From Octopus sinensis (Eukaryota): DNA of 64,000 bases. The stretch covers positions 7,192,001-7,256,000 of the forward strand of contig NC_043008.1 in the NCBI RefSeq assembly GCF_006345805.1, read 5' to 3'. The notes below the pieces were generated by a model. The model was not told the origin of the DNA, did not search any database, and saw nothing but the letters and a program-made list of their open reading frames with translations. Below, piece by piece: positions 12,795 through 27,024 of the stretch (within the stretch, counting starts at the first letter, position 1; each line of letters opens with the position of its first letter). Position numbers and translations under genes: made by a program.

Positions 12795-12877
12795 TTATCA
12801 TTATTATTATTACTATTATTATCATTATTGCTATTATTATAATTATAATATTATTATTATTATTATTATCATTATTA

Positions 12878-12935
<58 letters not shown>

Positions 12936-12975
12936 TACTACTACTACTACTACTATCTTTATTATTATCTTTATT
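12795..12975. repeat. (ATT)n/(ACT)n microsatellite
   Basis: Direct reading. Confidence 0.95.
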
Positions 12976-15020
12976 TATGTTTAACGAAGGGCAATCATGA
13001 GATGGTGTCGGATTAATGTAAATGCATAACGGTATTTAATTATATCACTTCAAGTTATGATATAAAAAAAATCGCCTGGAATAGAATTTTCTTTCAGTTA
13101 TCAAAGCCATATGTTTTCCTAGCTTTTATAACTGTAAATTTATTATAGAGCAATATTAAATACATACATACATATATATATACATATATTAACTCACACA
13201 CACATACACACACACACACACGCACACGCCCGCACACACACACATATACACGTATGCACACACATACACTCACTTACGCTCACACGCGTACTTAGACACA
13301 CAAAAGAAAAAAAAGATTGCTGTTTAAGAATAACAGATGTTTCGCGTGTATCAGAAACTTCCAGCATGCTGTCAGATTATTCGTTTAACATGTAACAGTT
13401 TTGGTCCTCCAAATTGTTAGAAATTCCATGAAGTCTAAAAATAAATCTGAACAAAGGCCACTAGAACTATTCAGGCTTTATTAAATTGAAATTAGTTTAG
13501 AGCTTTGCATATTTAGACAGACATACATAGAGACGTACATGCATGTATTCATACATACATAGATACATAGATACATGGTTACATAGATACATCAGACACA
13601 AACATACATATACACGGAATATAAATGAATATATATACACTTATACCAGTCATTGTGTTTGTGGAATATGCCGATGCATTGTCAATAACACAAGAGAGAA
13701 AATCTGTTTGTTTTTTTTCATATTTATTCTCAGAGAAGGCACCTCGGCCTGATAAAACGATAATGAGTTTGGAAAGTATCAGAGGAGCTCATTGTCTTCG
13801 GGAAAGAATTCTCTGAATAAGATTGAAAATTATTTCTTAAGAAGGGAATTAGAATAGCAGAATAAACTTAAAACGTAAAGGGAAATGTTTCAGTTGGAAA
13901 GTTCACAGATTTATCTGAAAGTGGATAGTTGCAGAAAACTTCATAAGGGATCAGTAAGAGAAAGAGAAAGAAAATCCATTGCTGTGTATGAGCCGGATTG
14001 AACCGAAAAGCAATGCACGCCAAACAGAAAATCATAAAACGAAAGAAACAGATATTACGAGTAATAACGTGCTGAAGGCTAAATCTACTGTCAAGAAAAT
14101 TCAAGTTTGGATATCATTTCAAAGAAAGTGAAGAGACTTTGAAAGATGAAGGAAAATAAAACACGTAGGAGATAATGTTGCTACATATATCTGCCTAGAG
14201 GTGCTCAAAGTATTTTACAAAAATGCATTTATTTATAGACAAGTAAATAACTCTTTAATTGATGCTCCAAGGTATGGATAACATTCTGTAAACACTGTTG
14301 AATGCGACGGTGAAACCCAGTGAAATGTTATTTTTGTTAAAAATAAGAAGGTTGTGCATGTTAAACCAACTTCCCATGAACTGAATATATAGCTATCGCT
14401 ATATATTACTATCATAGCAAAGAACGATGGCCTTAGCTTCTTTCTTGCAAGTTGTATATTTCAACAGGATTATGTGTATTGCAATCACACGTCCAACCGT
14501 AAAAACGATTTATGGATTTTGCCTGGCTTTAAGAACGTATTATATTTCAGAAACAAACAAGAATATATTTTCCTAATAATGCAAACTTAAGCATATTAAG
14601 ATTAATATGCAAAAACTGATGCACGCCAGTTATGGATTTGAAATCCCCGAATCAATTAATAGTTAGTAAATTATCCTGGAAATGGTGACATATTTAACGA
14701 TACAAAAGTATTTTCCACTCCGGAACCTTCTTAATATTGTAGTTTCTCACAAGATCAACCAGGTGGAGCCAGCATTGATAAAAAATCTTTCCCATTATCG
14801 AATATACTGTACAGAGTTCGTTTATGCATTCCAAAAATGTTACTCCAAAATATTAACCGTTCTTATGAGGACGATATCCATAGATACAGAATTACAACTC
14901 TTTACCAAAGAACTTTAATGAACCGAAGCTTCGAAAACATCCTCCAGTGAGATGATAGAAGTCGTTACCAAGATTCATCCAGGTCACATACTGAAGAAAA
15001 AACAAAATATCACAAAATAT

Positions 15021-15170
15021 CTTTACGTTCTGGGTTCAAATTCCGCCGAGATCGACTTTGCCTTACATCTTTTCTGTGTTGATAAATTAAGTACCAGTTG
15101 CGTACTGGGGCTGATCTAATCGACTGGCCCCCTGCCCCAAAATTTCGAGCCTTGCGCCTAGAATAGAAAT
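15021..15170 (+). mobile_element. SINE family A, 5'-truncated, alternative tail (CTGGCCCCC...AAAATTTCG..CCTTG)
   Basis: Nin/Deu-like core GCCTTACATCTTTTCTGTGTTGATAAATTAAGTACCAG. Confidence 0.9.
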
Positions 15171-16989
15171 GATTATGTTTTCTCAATTGTGAGTCGTGTA
15201 ATATTCCTCCAAAATTATTGTTCTATTGAAACAATTTTATATTGCTTCAGTAGAACAATGCATAATATCTCTTCTTCCCGTATCGATGCTAGCTATGCAG
15301 AAACTGAACCAATTTCTGCCGATACACAAAGACTACTATAAATATCCTTTTTATTCTACTGATAGGGATATTACTTAGAGAATGCAGCCAGTCCTTACAC
15401 CAAAGAGTACATCACAAAGACTTGTTTCTTCCTATCAGAGGATGAATAGACGTCAGATATAAATAACTGCTAACCCTCAGCAATGGGCCCTAACAGTGTA
15501 TTGTTCTCATATTAAGACGTTACTAGGGCTACACATGTAGACAATAGCTAATTAAAGTCCACTTGGCTGATTAGTATAAAGCCACTAAAATACACACCAA
15601 GCCTTCAAGATTTGCTATCTTCTCCATCTATGTGCCTGTTCTGACATTATTTGATAAATTCAACTTTTCGGTTCCAGCTGGTCACATGACGCTTCTACTC
15701 AGAAATTTCCTCCTCACTCGTCTTTTCACCTTTACGGGACATAAAAGACCTCATCATAAAGAACACATCGATATTCAGCGAAGAATTATCTCCACCTTGG
15801 CCTTTCGAACATCTTTCACTGAGTATATATTTTTTCCTACTGCTGTCGACTTTCCACAGTGTTTTAGATAACTATTAATGACATCATTTGAAAGAGAGCT
15901 ATTGATATGACCCCCCACCTCATTCTATACAAAGAAAAATAATAATTCTATCCATTGTTGTGCTGTCAAAAAGAGGTCCTCTTCTGATTTATGGATCATC
16001 TATGTTGTATGTCATAAAAAAAACAGAAATCAACTTGACAGTAGAGAAACAAAAGATATATTCCCAAAATAGAACATGAGAAACGTTCATTAATGTGAGT
16101 GGTCACGTGGTGCTGTATATGATTGTAATAATGATAGTGAGCAAGAGACAATTGAATCAGTTGATTATCAAATAAATCAGTTGTAAATTTTTATTTCTAG
16201 AACACCTCATTATAATCTGCGTACAACAAGGTTATGTCGTCAAATTTACCAACCCACTCCGACATTGATTGGAGAAATATAAAAATAATCATACTGCCAG
16301 AGTGGTGATGATACTAATGATGTTGATTGATAGAAAATTAAGCCTAACAATATAGTAAAATGCTGATGAATGAAAATAAAATAGACTGAAGCTGTCAATT
16401 TAATCGAATTAAGTGAATCCAGTTCTATCTTATTGTTTCATTTTCTTCATCTTTTTCTCCTATCGCTCCTTTTTCTCTCCTTTAATGAAATACAATATCT
16501 CACTTGCAACGCTGTACAATCCCTGATGTTGAAATAACTAGAGATAATTAAATTATATATAGTTGATTTCTCGGCATAGACACACGTCTCCGAATCCATG
16601 GAACACATATCGATCCCGGTACTTGAGTGTTTCTTCTGTATATTAGACTTTGGATTGTTGAAAGGCAAAGTTGATCTTGGTAGGATTTTAAGTTAGAACA
16701 TTTTAAGACCCAAGAAATACCTGAAAGCGTCTTTCCTGGCGTATCTTTATGCTCAGAGATCAAATCTACCGTGGTATTTATTTTTCGATGTCATTCACCA
16801 CTGTCGTTACTACATGTACCACTGAGGTACTTGATGTCATCTATAATATTATTCTGCTGCGATCTACATGTGTAATATTCTGAATAAATTCAGTCATCAC
16901 TCTTGAACGGCATCGAAAACCATTCGAACCTGAAAGCTTCTTTTCTGAAACAATAAAAATTACGTCAGTTCATCACAAATAAATATATA

Positions 16990-17216
16990 TTTCTTTACTA
17001 CCCACAAGGGGGTAAACATAGAGGGGACAAACAAGGATAGACGAAGGGAGTAAGTCGATTACATCGACCCCAGTGTGAAACAGGTACTTTATTTATCGAC
17101 CCCGAAAGGATGAAAGCAAAGTCGACTTCGGTGGAATTTGAACTCACGTAACTCACGTAACGAAATACCGCTAAGCATTTCGTCCGGTGCGCAAACGTTT
17201 CTGCCAGCTCGCCGCT
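16990..17216 (-). mobile_element. SINE family A, full monomer
   Basis: Head, core and tail 1 all present; small internal duplication AACTCACGT x2. Confidence 0.95.
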
Positions 17217-17859
17217 TTTCACAAATATACATGTTTAGACGGACACACAAACAATCACACAGAAAAACATATACACACACAATTATACTTGTAACTGTAC
17301 TCTTATCCATAATTTTCATATTTGCTGTAAAATGGCAGAAATTACAATCGCCAGGACCGCTGTTATCACATTAGATCACAAATGGACAACGACGAAACGA
17401 GAAAGAACAAATACACATTGACCAGGACACTTCGAGACGTCTGTGAAGTCACTCAAACAAGATGGAATACTGACTATTGTCTTAGAGAGTCTGTGTATTA
17501 AAGTCGAAATGGTCACCAATAAAACGTCCTTAATCGTAATTATATTCGATTAGTGTTGACATAAGACTAAACAAATTTCAAATTAGCCATTTTTCATTCT
17601 TCCACTGTGTCTCTGGCGCGTGTGGCAACATTAAAATATTAATACGTAATTATTTGTAAATATAATGGTTTTTTACAGGAAATTTTACACAAAGGTTACC
17701 GTTGTGATGATTCCACGAATAATAAACACACTTTTTTTTACTACACATAAATCAGACTGTTGTACATTTGTTTGTGCTGCTGTGAATTTGGGGTTTTTTT
17801 GTGGTGGGGTGGAAAGCTATGCGAAGGAATGATCCCCATTTAAGGAGACGTTTTGTATT

Positions 17860-18383
17860 GTTCTATCGAATCAATACAAAATTGTTCCGAAGGGGTACTG
17901 GAAACATGAAAATGCTGCAGATGTCATCAGGCAATGGCAGGAAACATTTGAAACACCTCCGACAACACGGCTGACTATTTATCACATTCGAGATAAATTC
18001 AATAACACAGGCTCTGTGTTAAATGCTCCACGCTGTGGCCGGCCAAAAACGACTTGCACCGCAGAACACAAATATCTGGTTACTGAATCAGTATTACAAA
18101 TTCTTCGTAAATGAAAAAGACGCCGTGCTCTGGAGTTGGGCATAAGTAGAAGATCGCTTCAGACAATGCTGAGAGAATCAAAGTACAAACGTTACATACC
18201 ACGACTCATTCCTGGATTAATTGAAGAGGATGGGGTTCGTCGTTTATAGGTCTGCGAAATCGAGATGTATTTGCAGACCCAAGCCGTCAGAACCATTTGT
18301 GTTGTAACATTTGTCGAAGCGTTCCCTCACGTTGTAGGTAATGCATTGAAGTAGGTGGGTTGCAGTTCGAACAGTATCGGTAA
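17860..18383 (+). mobile_element. Tc1/mariner-superfamily transposase remnant; N-terminal HTH joined to C-terminus, catalytic core deleted
   Basis: YWKHENAADVIRQWQETF...IRDKFNNTGSVLNAPRCGRPKT...RRALELGISRRSLQTML, then NICRSVPSRCR*CIEVGGLQFEQYR*. Confidence 0.85.
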
Positions 18384-18390
18384 TGATTTT

Positions 18391-19011
18391 ACTATTGATT
18401 ACCATAGAATTTTATTGTTATTAACCATAATTAACCAGAACCATTTTAATAGTAAATTTCAGGACAGTTGATTAATTGCTTTGTCTTAATTGTTATTGTA
18501 AGTAACTGTATACTGGTACGGGGCGCAATGGCCCAGTGGTTAGGGCAGCGGACTCGCGGTTTCGATTCCCAGACCGGGCGTTGTGAGTGTTTATTGAGCG
18601 AAAACACCTAAAGCTCCACGAGGCTCCGGCAGGGGATGGTGGTGATCCCTGCTGTTCTCTTCACCACAACTTTCTCTCGCTCTTACTTCCTGTTTCTGTT
18701 GTACCTGTATTTCAAGGGCCGCCTTGTCATCTCTGTGTCACGCTGAATATCCCCGAGAACTACGTTAAGGGTACACGTGTCTGTGGAGTGCTCAGCCACT
18801 TACACGTTAACTTCACGAGCAGGCTGTTCCGTTGATTCGGATCAACCGGAACCCTCATCGTCGTAACCGACGGAGTGCTTCCACTATTGATTACCATAGA
18901 ATTTTATTGTTATTAACCAGAATTAACCAGAACCATTTTAATAGTAAATTTCAGGACAGTTGATTAATTGCTTTGTCTTAATTGTTACTGTAAGTAACTG
19001 TATAATGGTAC
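18391..19011 (+). repeat. 129-bp direct repeat (18391-18519 and 18883-19011) flanking the family C SINE
   Basis: Manual alignment, 3 mismatches in 129. Confidence 0.95.
18520..18882 (+). mobile_element. SINE family C (tRNA-derived head, ~380 bp)
   Basis: A box TGGCCCAGTGG, B-box-like GTTTCGATTCC; near-identical to 28684-29072 and 38819-39202. Confidence 0.95.
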
Positions 19012-20227
19012 ATGTAGTAACGACAGTGGAGAATGAAAATGAAATGGAAAAATACCAACCACGGTAGATTTGAACTGTGAGCATAAAGATACATAGCTAA
19101 ACATTCCGAAGCCTTGATACATCTCTAATTATTCCGAAGCCTTGAAATACGTCTTCCTTATCCTAAATATATTATAATAATTTGTAATGCCTGAAAGCAA
19201 CTCCACATTTTTCAGAATTAGTAATATCGATTGAATTGTTTTCGATATGTAAATAGCGAGGGATAGGTGAACCCAGAGAAGGCAACGCAATATCGACCAC
19301 GACATTAGAAAACGTTCAGAAAAGCAAAAGTATATGTAGAGCCTAAGGAAAACAGATTTGGTTGGCTTCCACAAAAATTAGTTAATAAAAATCTAAAAAT
19401 TGAAAACCAGGTGAAAATATGCATAGTTTAACGTTTTGGGTTGGGCAAAATGTCTTCAATAATAATAAAATAATGATTTATAGCATTTTTCACACTAATC
19501 ATTTCTAATATAATAATAATTTCTTAGTTTGGAAATAAAATATAAACAATATAAGGCATACGAATATTAAAACAAAATTTGAATTATAAACATTTTGTAA
19601 GATATTTCAGTTTATAACCTGTAAAAAAATAAAAAATGAGAAATATAAAATTCAATAAATGAAATAATATAACATGTTAAATATGTTCCTAATTAATTTA
19701 AATGACATTGCCAAACTTCTTTGTCTGACGCGTTGAATTAAGCAGATGTTGCCCAACATGTGAAATAGTATCAGCAGAGAATTTAGAAAACATTTAATTA
19801 TGAAATTTCCAACACTAATAACTGCATTCTATCGATAGAATTGAAACAATAATTGCCTAGTTTAAATAAGCACTATTAATTCATTTTTTTTCTATTTTGC
19901 ATTAAAATTCCATGTTTGTGGGGGCGTTTTTGGAAATCTGCATACTGTCGATTTAACATGACATCTAATAGGTTCACCGTTTCACTGTAATTTTCTTTAC
20001 GCATCTAAAATAATTGTGGAACATATTCTAATTTGACGCCAAGCAACCCCAAATACCGACACATCTTCAATGCCCCAATGCAATGATACCACACCCTACA
20101 GTCTGCACCAACATGAAAAAAACCCACACTCATACACATACAAACCACGTTAGAAACTGTATCACTAATCTCATCAGAATTAAGCAGTTGAATGAGATGC
20201 CGAGAAGCAGATAGAAGTGAATGGGAC

Positions 20228-20460
20228 TAAGGCAGCAAGCTGGCAAAAACGTTAACACGCCGGGCGAAATGCTTAGCGGCATTTCGTCTGCCGCTACGTT
20301 CTGAGTTCAAATTCCGCCGAGGTCGACTTTGCCTTTCATCCTTTCGGGTCGATAAATTAAGTACCAGTTACGCACTGGGGTCGATATGATCGACTTAATC
20401 CGTGTGTCAGTCCTTGTTTGTCCCCACTGTGTTTAGCCCCTTGTGGGTAGTAAAGAAATA
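20228..20460 (+). mobile_element. SINE family A, full monomer
   Basis: A box TGGCAAAAACG, B box GAGTTCAAATTCC, core GCCTTTCATCCTTTCGGGTCGATAAATTAAGTACCAG. Confidence 0.95.
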
Positions 20461-20522
20461 AGAAAGGAATGGGACGGCAATCTGAATTTTCTATGAACAC
20501 CTCCCCTTTTAGCTACCTTTAG

Positions 20523-20622
20523 AATCTACTGCCATAAAGGAGCAAGCCACCAGAGTGAATCTCAAGCCACGATAATAGACTACATACGGTGGAGACCGCC
20601 GGATTCAGTTCAGCAAAAGCTG
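20523..20622 (+). CDS. Weak candidate exon (IYCHKGASHQSESQATIIDYIRWRPPDSVQQKL)
   Basis: Pyrimidine-rich acceptor ...TTTTAGCTACCTTTAG, donor CTG|GTAATA, one open frame; no homology recognised. Confidence 0.2.
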
Positions 20623-21629
20623 GTAATAACTGGAGCGCGTCATCGCACCCCGTTGTAACGCAAGCAATCTATGTAACTGCTTAAGCCATCATTGGCGAAT
20701 AACGTGATCACGGGTGGTTTCGATTTATCTTTAAATGTAATTTTATAACAGCTTACACAATACATTCAATGGCAGGTTGGAAAAAATCGATTCAATATAA
20801 GATACGGTTGGAATATTTGATACGATGTCGATTAACTATATGTATAAATTATGTAACATACATGAATTCTCCGAAATAACAAGTATTATATAAATACAAG
20901 ATATTAACAATATTGAAGAGTATTAGTTTCTTAAAATATCAAACTGTAATGAAAATCAATAGTGTCAATCTAACAATATATTAAACACATAAACACAGCA
21001 AAACACGAACGGTTGTTTAATTGTTTAAATTATATTTTGGGACCTCATCTTACGTATATTTCATCAACATTCGATAATCGTTGGTAACATAGTCAATACT
21101 GTCAAATCGTCAGAGAAGTTTAAATATTTTATGATTTGACAGTAAGAGTTATGTAATTTGTATTATGTAACCAATAATCACCTTATATTAATGAAATGTA
21201 TATAAGATGGTATAACTAAACAACTTATACACAATCTCATATAGTTCGTCTTGTGTTCTACATATAGCCTGTGTAAGAGTCAAGCCTGATTTCAAGACAA
21301 TAGATACAATTATAATACAGGAAAGGAAATACACCAGAAATTATAAAATACAGATTATTTGTCACACAGTTAAAAGCTTAAATTGCACTGTACCAATGTG
21401 TGTGTGTGTGTGGTATATATATATATATATATATTAGACGGTTTGGATGTGATATACAGGTATTATATATTAGAAGAAATAAGGTACTCAGTTATTTGGA
21501 TGGTTTTATATTTACAGATTTTTCTTAATATGTCACATGTTTTATAAAGCATATATTAGCGCTTGCATCTACTCTAGTAGTCTCTCCAGATTCGAAACAT
21601 TCTGTAGTAGACGATCCATTTAATTGAAC

Positions 21630-21852
21630 AATGCAATCATGACATCAATTTAAATGCTGAGCTATCCTCACCTGCGTAAATAAAAAGTAGTATATTCTTA
21701 ACTACATTAGTAGCAACATGGACTCTTTCCCCCTTCTTGCTCTATTAAAGAATTTGAATAAAATATTATTAATGTGTCCGACTGATTAAAAATTCCATTT
21801 ATTTATCCAGCTGAGGAGAGCCCAGCATTTAAATTGATGTAATGATTGCATT
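21630..21852. repeat. Fold-back / MITE-like inverted repeat with 52-bp arms
   Basis: 21630-21681 vs reverse complement of 21801-21852: 46/52 identical, outer 30 bp 29/30. Confidence 0.85.
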
Positions 21853-23454
21853 CTACAATATCAATATATACATGTATATATATTCATACATACATACGCA
21901 CGTATATTCATGCAATCTGTTATGGAAACTAGGAGACTTTTATATAGTTATAATCCGTTTTTCTCTTAAGAACTTAATGAGGATGCTAAATGAACCCTTT
22001 ATAAGTTAGTTATCACCCGAAAATTCCGACAGTTTTGTAGAAAACGGGAATGTATATCTAGATTTTATTCGAATGACATACATATGTTTATTGCATATAT
22101 AAACGCAGTTGAGAGTAAATATACTTTTGTGCCTTTACTGTTTTGGTGAAAAAAGAGCGGTGCAACAGGTTCGCCACGCTAATGAGATTTAGTTGTTCTT
22201 CTGTTCAAGTCCAATCAGTTTTAAAGTAAAAAGAAATTAGCGGGAATAAACATGAAACAGAACTTCGGGGAAAGAAAAGCTGCGGACACTATTTAAAGAG
22301 GAAAAAAAGAAAAAAACAAAGCGGGGAGGAGAAAAAAATTGAATTGCTCATATGCTTTATTGAATTAAATGCGTTAAATGCGAGATTATAGAATTTTCAC
22401 TTGGGTTTTCAATACGTAACGAAAGTAAATTTCCCGAGGGAAAATAAGGGAATTACTAACTTGAAAAGAGGGAGCATTGTGTCTTCTATCCCCACTAACA
22501 GTACGTAGTTATTGGCATGCAAGGCTGGGGATAACGTCTGAATATTTTTACAAAGAGAAAGAAAGTAAGACAGAGAGAGAAAGAGAGTAGGGGTGAATAG
22601 GAGTGAGTGATCGAGAGTGGAGAGTAGCAATATAAGTGAGGGAAATACGTAGAGAGAAAGAGAGAAGATCAGGGAGAGTGACAGACAGTTTAACTGAGAG
22701 GGGAATTACATTTTAAATCGTACTTATTGAGGACAAAAAACGGTTTACAACATTTTGTTAAACCGAATTATATACATTCAGATGTGATGCATGCAACAAA
22801 ATGAAAGTTGTAAATCGATAGAAATTTTATTGCACCAAATAGCCAACAAGTGATTGAATGTTGTGTTGTTGTGAAGGAAAAGAAACAGTTGGAAATTTTA
22901 GCAATTCAGATGTAAAGAGTTTGATCTACATATGGATACGAACAAAGAGTTCAGGAGGAAATTCTATACGATAAAAAAAAAATGACTTTTGAAAGAAACA
23001 TAGATTCAAGCAGCAAAATATATGTTGCTGTAGCAAAATATTGCTGAAATACAAACGGGTGGAAGAAAAAAATATTCGATACCTTCTCAATCCTTCGATC
23101 GAAAAGTTCCAACAACTAAAAGACTGTTACAGTATAGGTTTGAGTTCTTGTCTTTTCAGCTCGAATTTCATCTTTATATATTCTACACTACTTTTCAAAA
23201 GTGATATTCTCCAATTACACCAATATGGCTTCTTTTTAAAATTTCTAAATTTTCTCTAAAATTGTTGAAATCGCAACTATAGCAATAAAGAAATTGCATA
23301 CATAATACCCGACAAAGAACTACTACTACTACTCACAACAGCGATTATAAGAATTCTTTTTAAGCAGTAAGTAGCATTAAAAGTAGTAGTCGCAGCAGTA
23401 ACAGTGTCAGCTAAGTGTGACTCGTATAAAGAAAAGCAAGACACATTCAATATA

Positions 23455-23838
23455 CTTTTCTATTCAAGGCACAGATCCGAAATTTTGAGGGGAGGGGGCC
23501 AGTTGATTAGATCGACATCAGCACGCAACTGGTACTTAATTTATCGACACCGAGAGGATGGAAGGCAAAGTCGACCTCAGCAGAATTTGAACTCAGAAAT
23601 ACCTATTTCTTTACTGGCCACAAGGGGCTAAACATAGAGAAGACAAACAAGGACAGACAAACGGATTAAGTCGATTATATCGACCCCAGTGTGAAACTGG
23701 TACTTAATTTATCGACCCCGAAAGGATGAAAGGCAAAGTCAACCTCGGCGGAATTTGAACTCAGAACGTAACGGCAGAAGAAATACGGCTAAGCATTTCG
23801 CCCTTGGCGTGCTAACGTTTCTGCCAGCTTGCCGCCTT
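23455..23838 (-). mobile_element. SINE family A head-to-tail dimer (tail 1 + tail 2)
   Basis: Two Nin/Deu-like cores; junction ...GAAATAG|GTATTTCTGAGTTC near 23595. Confidence 0.9.
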
Positions 23839-25138
23839 AAGAAGAATTCAATATTAAAATGTTTATAAGTCGGCGAGCTGGCACAATCGCTAGCACATTC
23901 ATATTGATGTAAGAAAGATAACGATGATGATGGTGGTGAGTTATTCAGGCGATCCTAATAACATGTTCATAGCAGAATTAGAGATCTCTATTAATCTCAA
24001 GGGTGATAGATAAAAAAGCTCGGTGTGGACAGGACACAGCTCCAATACAAGATTAAATGTAAGTGATAGCTGTTACTCTTTTCTTCAGGTAAATGGGCCG
24101 GAAAAAAAGCGCCATGCAGTATCTTGCTGACGGACACGATACGCTGTCCCATGCGTGAATCACACCCACGGTGTAACGTTCAGGATGTAGAGCAAACTTT
24201 AACCTCTGAACTGAGTGGATTCAACGAAACGTAAGTCGTTTGAGAACACTAGACCCGTATATAATCTTTCTGAGATAAATTCGAATCTTAACTTGCTATC
24301 TTCCATGTGATGAAAAAACGAAAAATTCGATACGAAATTAATGTCGATTGGAAAATATATAATTTATATCCACTTCAATATTTTTTTATCGATTTGACAA
24401 CATCACAGTTAACTCGAATGCGGTGTTGGAGGTAATCTATCGCATATCCTCTTATAGTGTCTCCTGAAATAGACTGATGTCTTATCCAGTGGGATAATTA
24501 TTTCACATCATTTTAATGCGATAAAGTCAAAATTAAGCAGGAGACTTTAAAGAAGATTTCTTAATCAATTCTTGTTTCCGAGATAATTTTCACTTGTTTT
24601 GCTAAGATTACATTCACAGAAGTTTACTGATTTTTAAGTGAAGTTCGTCTAGAATTGCTTTTAGAAATTATAAAACATTCTGCTAGGATGACTGAATAAA
24701 AAGGAGAAAGAAAATAGATAAACATATCGATAGCAGCCTGTAATTTCTGGTCGCACCTTTGTTGAAATTTTATCTTAACAGTGTTGCAATAGTTTACCTC
24801 GAAAGATATTTACTGCTCACTGTTTAAAATCACATTTCGTTTCCATTCCTATTATATTTAATGTAAAAATCGAAGAAAACATTGGAAGCAACAAGAACAT
24901 CATCATCTTCAACAACAACAACAACAACAACAGCAACAACAACGATTTCAAGAGCAAGAACAACAAAAGCAATCCAGGAGAAAGAAAATGTTTATTGAAG
25001 TCCCATCGAAGCAAAAGTGTATTTGTGTATTCGGCTTCAGTGTGGTAAAAGTGAGAAATCTTATGTGAAATGTTAAAATAGACATTTTTATCAGACTGGC
25101 TGAGTACACAGCAGTGAGTTGTTGAAGAGATGATTTAA

Positions 25139-25171
<33 letters not shown>

Positions 25172-25323
25172 GAGAAATAACAAAATATTTTTTTTAAAAA
25201 AAGCAAAAACAAGACAATGGCTTCTTCTTCATAGAGATCTACAATCGCAGCACTTAACCGAAGTAACGATATCATAGTCAGCCATCATTGACGTTGCAGA
25301 TAAGTGTTCAGCAACGTCTATTA

Positions 25324-25365
<42 letters not shown>

Positions 25366-25565
25366 TATATATATGTCTATGGATGTGTGCGTGCGTGCGT
25401 GTGTGTGTTGAGGAAACGATGCTCTCCGCCTATCATGTTTGGCGCCATTACTGACCTTTCAACGTATTTCATTAATGTTTGACTGTTTGAACAGTTTCTT
25501 TTATAGAAACACAGAACGCAAGATAAAGGAAGAAAACATCATCATCGTCACTGTCATCGAATTAC

Positions 25566-25607
<42 letters not shown>

Positions 25608-26725
25608 CATTGTTGTTGTTGTTGTTCAGAAATATTCTCTAAGACGTTTTCATACAGATTTAACACTGCGAATGCTGTAACAACAGAAATTGGCTAAATA
25701 ATGGTAATGTAAGGTGTGACGATTTTCATATTAAGTGAATGCCGAGAAAAGGTCTGCAATAGAAACGTTATCGAATGTCAGCTAAAGTACCTCTTACAGT
25801 ATTCTATGATATTTATGCAAATGCCAACGTATTAAACAGCATTCATTTACACTGAATAAAACAGATTTATATTTAAGAAAAATATTATTACATTTCGTAA
25901 AATATTTTATCACACGCAAAAAAAAAATCGATAGAATATAATTTATGTTTTGTTAACGGTTTAATAAAACGGCATTGAAATAAAGGAAATATCATTTGAT
26001 AGAGGAAAATGTCATTACATTTAAGAATTCGCATGCCACATCCGAAGCGAAATATTGACTGAATTAGATTTGAAATAAAGGAGTTTCTGGAGAAATTATT
26101 CAATTATGAGAATTACTACATGAGACTTGGAAAATTGAAGGAAATTGTATCAAGTGGACATTTTAAAACTGGATTTCGGAAGAATAGTATGGAAAGAACG
26201 CCTCTGGCAAAAAGCATATTCATGGCTATATTAGAAAGAAATAACTGGAAATAGTCGGATCGAGATTAAGGATTGTAATTCTTCGAAATCACATTTCACC
26301 AGAATTGTATACTTGATGAATGATGTTTAAATCTTGCAGTCTTGCAAAAAGATTAAAATCTGAATCGTATTAATATCTCAGAAGATATATTCGGATAAAA
26401 GATTCTCATGAAAAGATTATTGTAAAATAAACAACAAGATTAACGATTTCTCTTTAGATTTTCTGTTATGTTTCGCTCAAAAAGAGATGCGAGGGTTTAG
26501 TATAACGTATAACATACAAGCGAAGTAGGTGAAACCTTGAAAAGTTAAACACGAAGAAAATCATTTGAGAATTACTTTCCAGTTTGTTGCTAAGAATGTT
26601 TGAGGAGGTGCGTGGAAGAGTTATTGTCGTTTCTTGGAACATATACAAACTTAGAAAAAAATAGTGGATGAATGTATCAAAAATGTGGTGTGAAGAATTT
26701 AGGGAGAAAGTGAAATGGAGAGACT

Positions 26726-26791
<66 letters not shown>

Positions 26792-27024
26792 ATAAGTGGG
26801 TGAGAGAGAAAGAGAATGGTGAACGCGTAGAAAGTATTACTACCGCCAAGAACCTTATCGTTCGGCTATTATGAATGCCATACATTTTCTACTGGTAGAG
26901 CTGAAACGAATAGACAAGGTTAAAGAACAGACAACGAATAGACAAGCAAAAACCAAGATTGACTACAGTAGGAAAAACAACAATAAATAACTCACAACAG
27001 CAACAACAGAAAATAGCTGAGCAG

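Noticed and set aside
22900-23050. Possible Gypsy gag remnant (VQEEILYDKKKMTFERNID)
   Set aside because: Similarity too weak and no other LTR-element motif nearby
24070-24095. Polypyrimidine-CAG|GT recursive-splice-like sites (also 53853, 62294)
   Set aside because: Common by chance in T-rich DNA; host gene strand unknown
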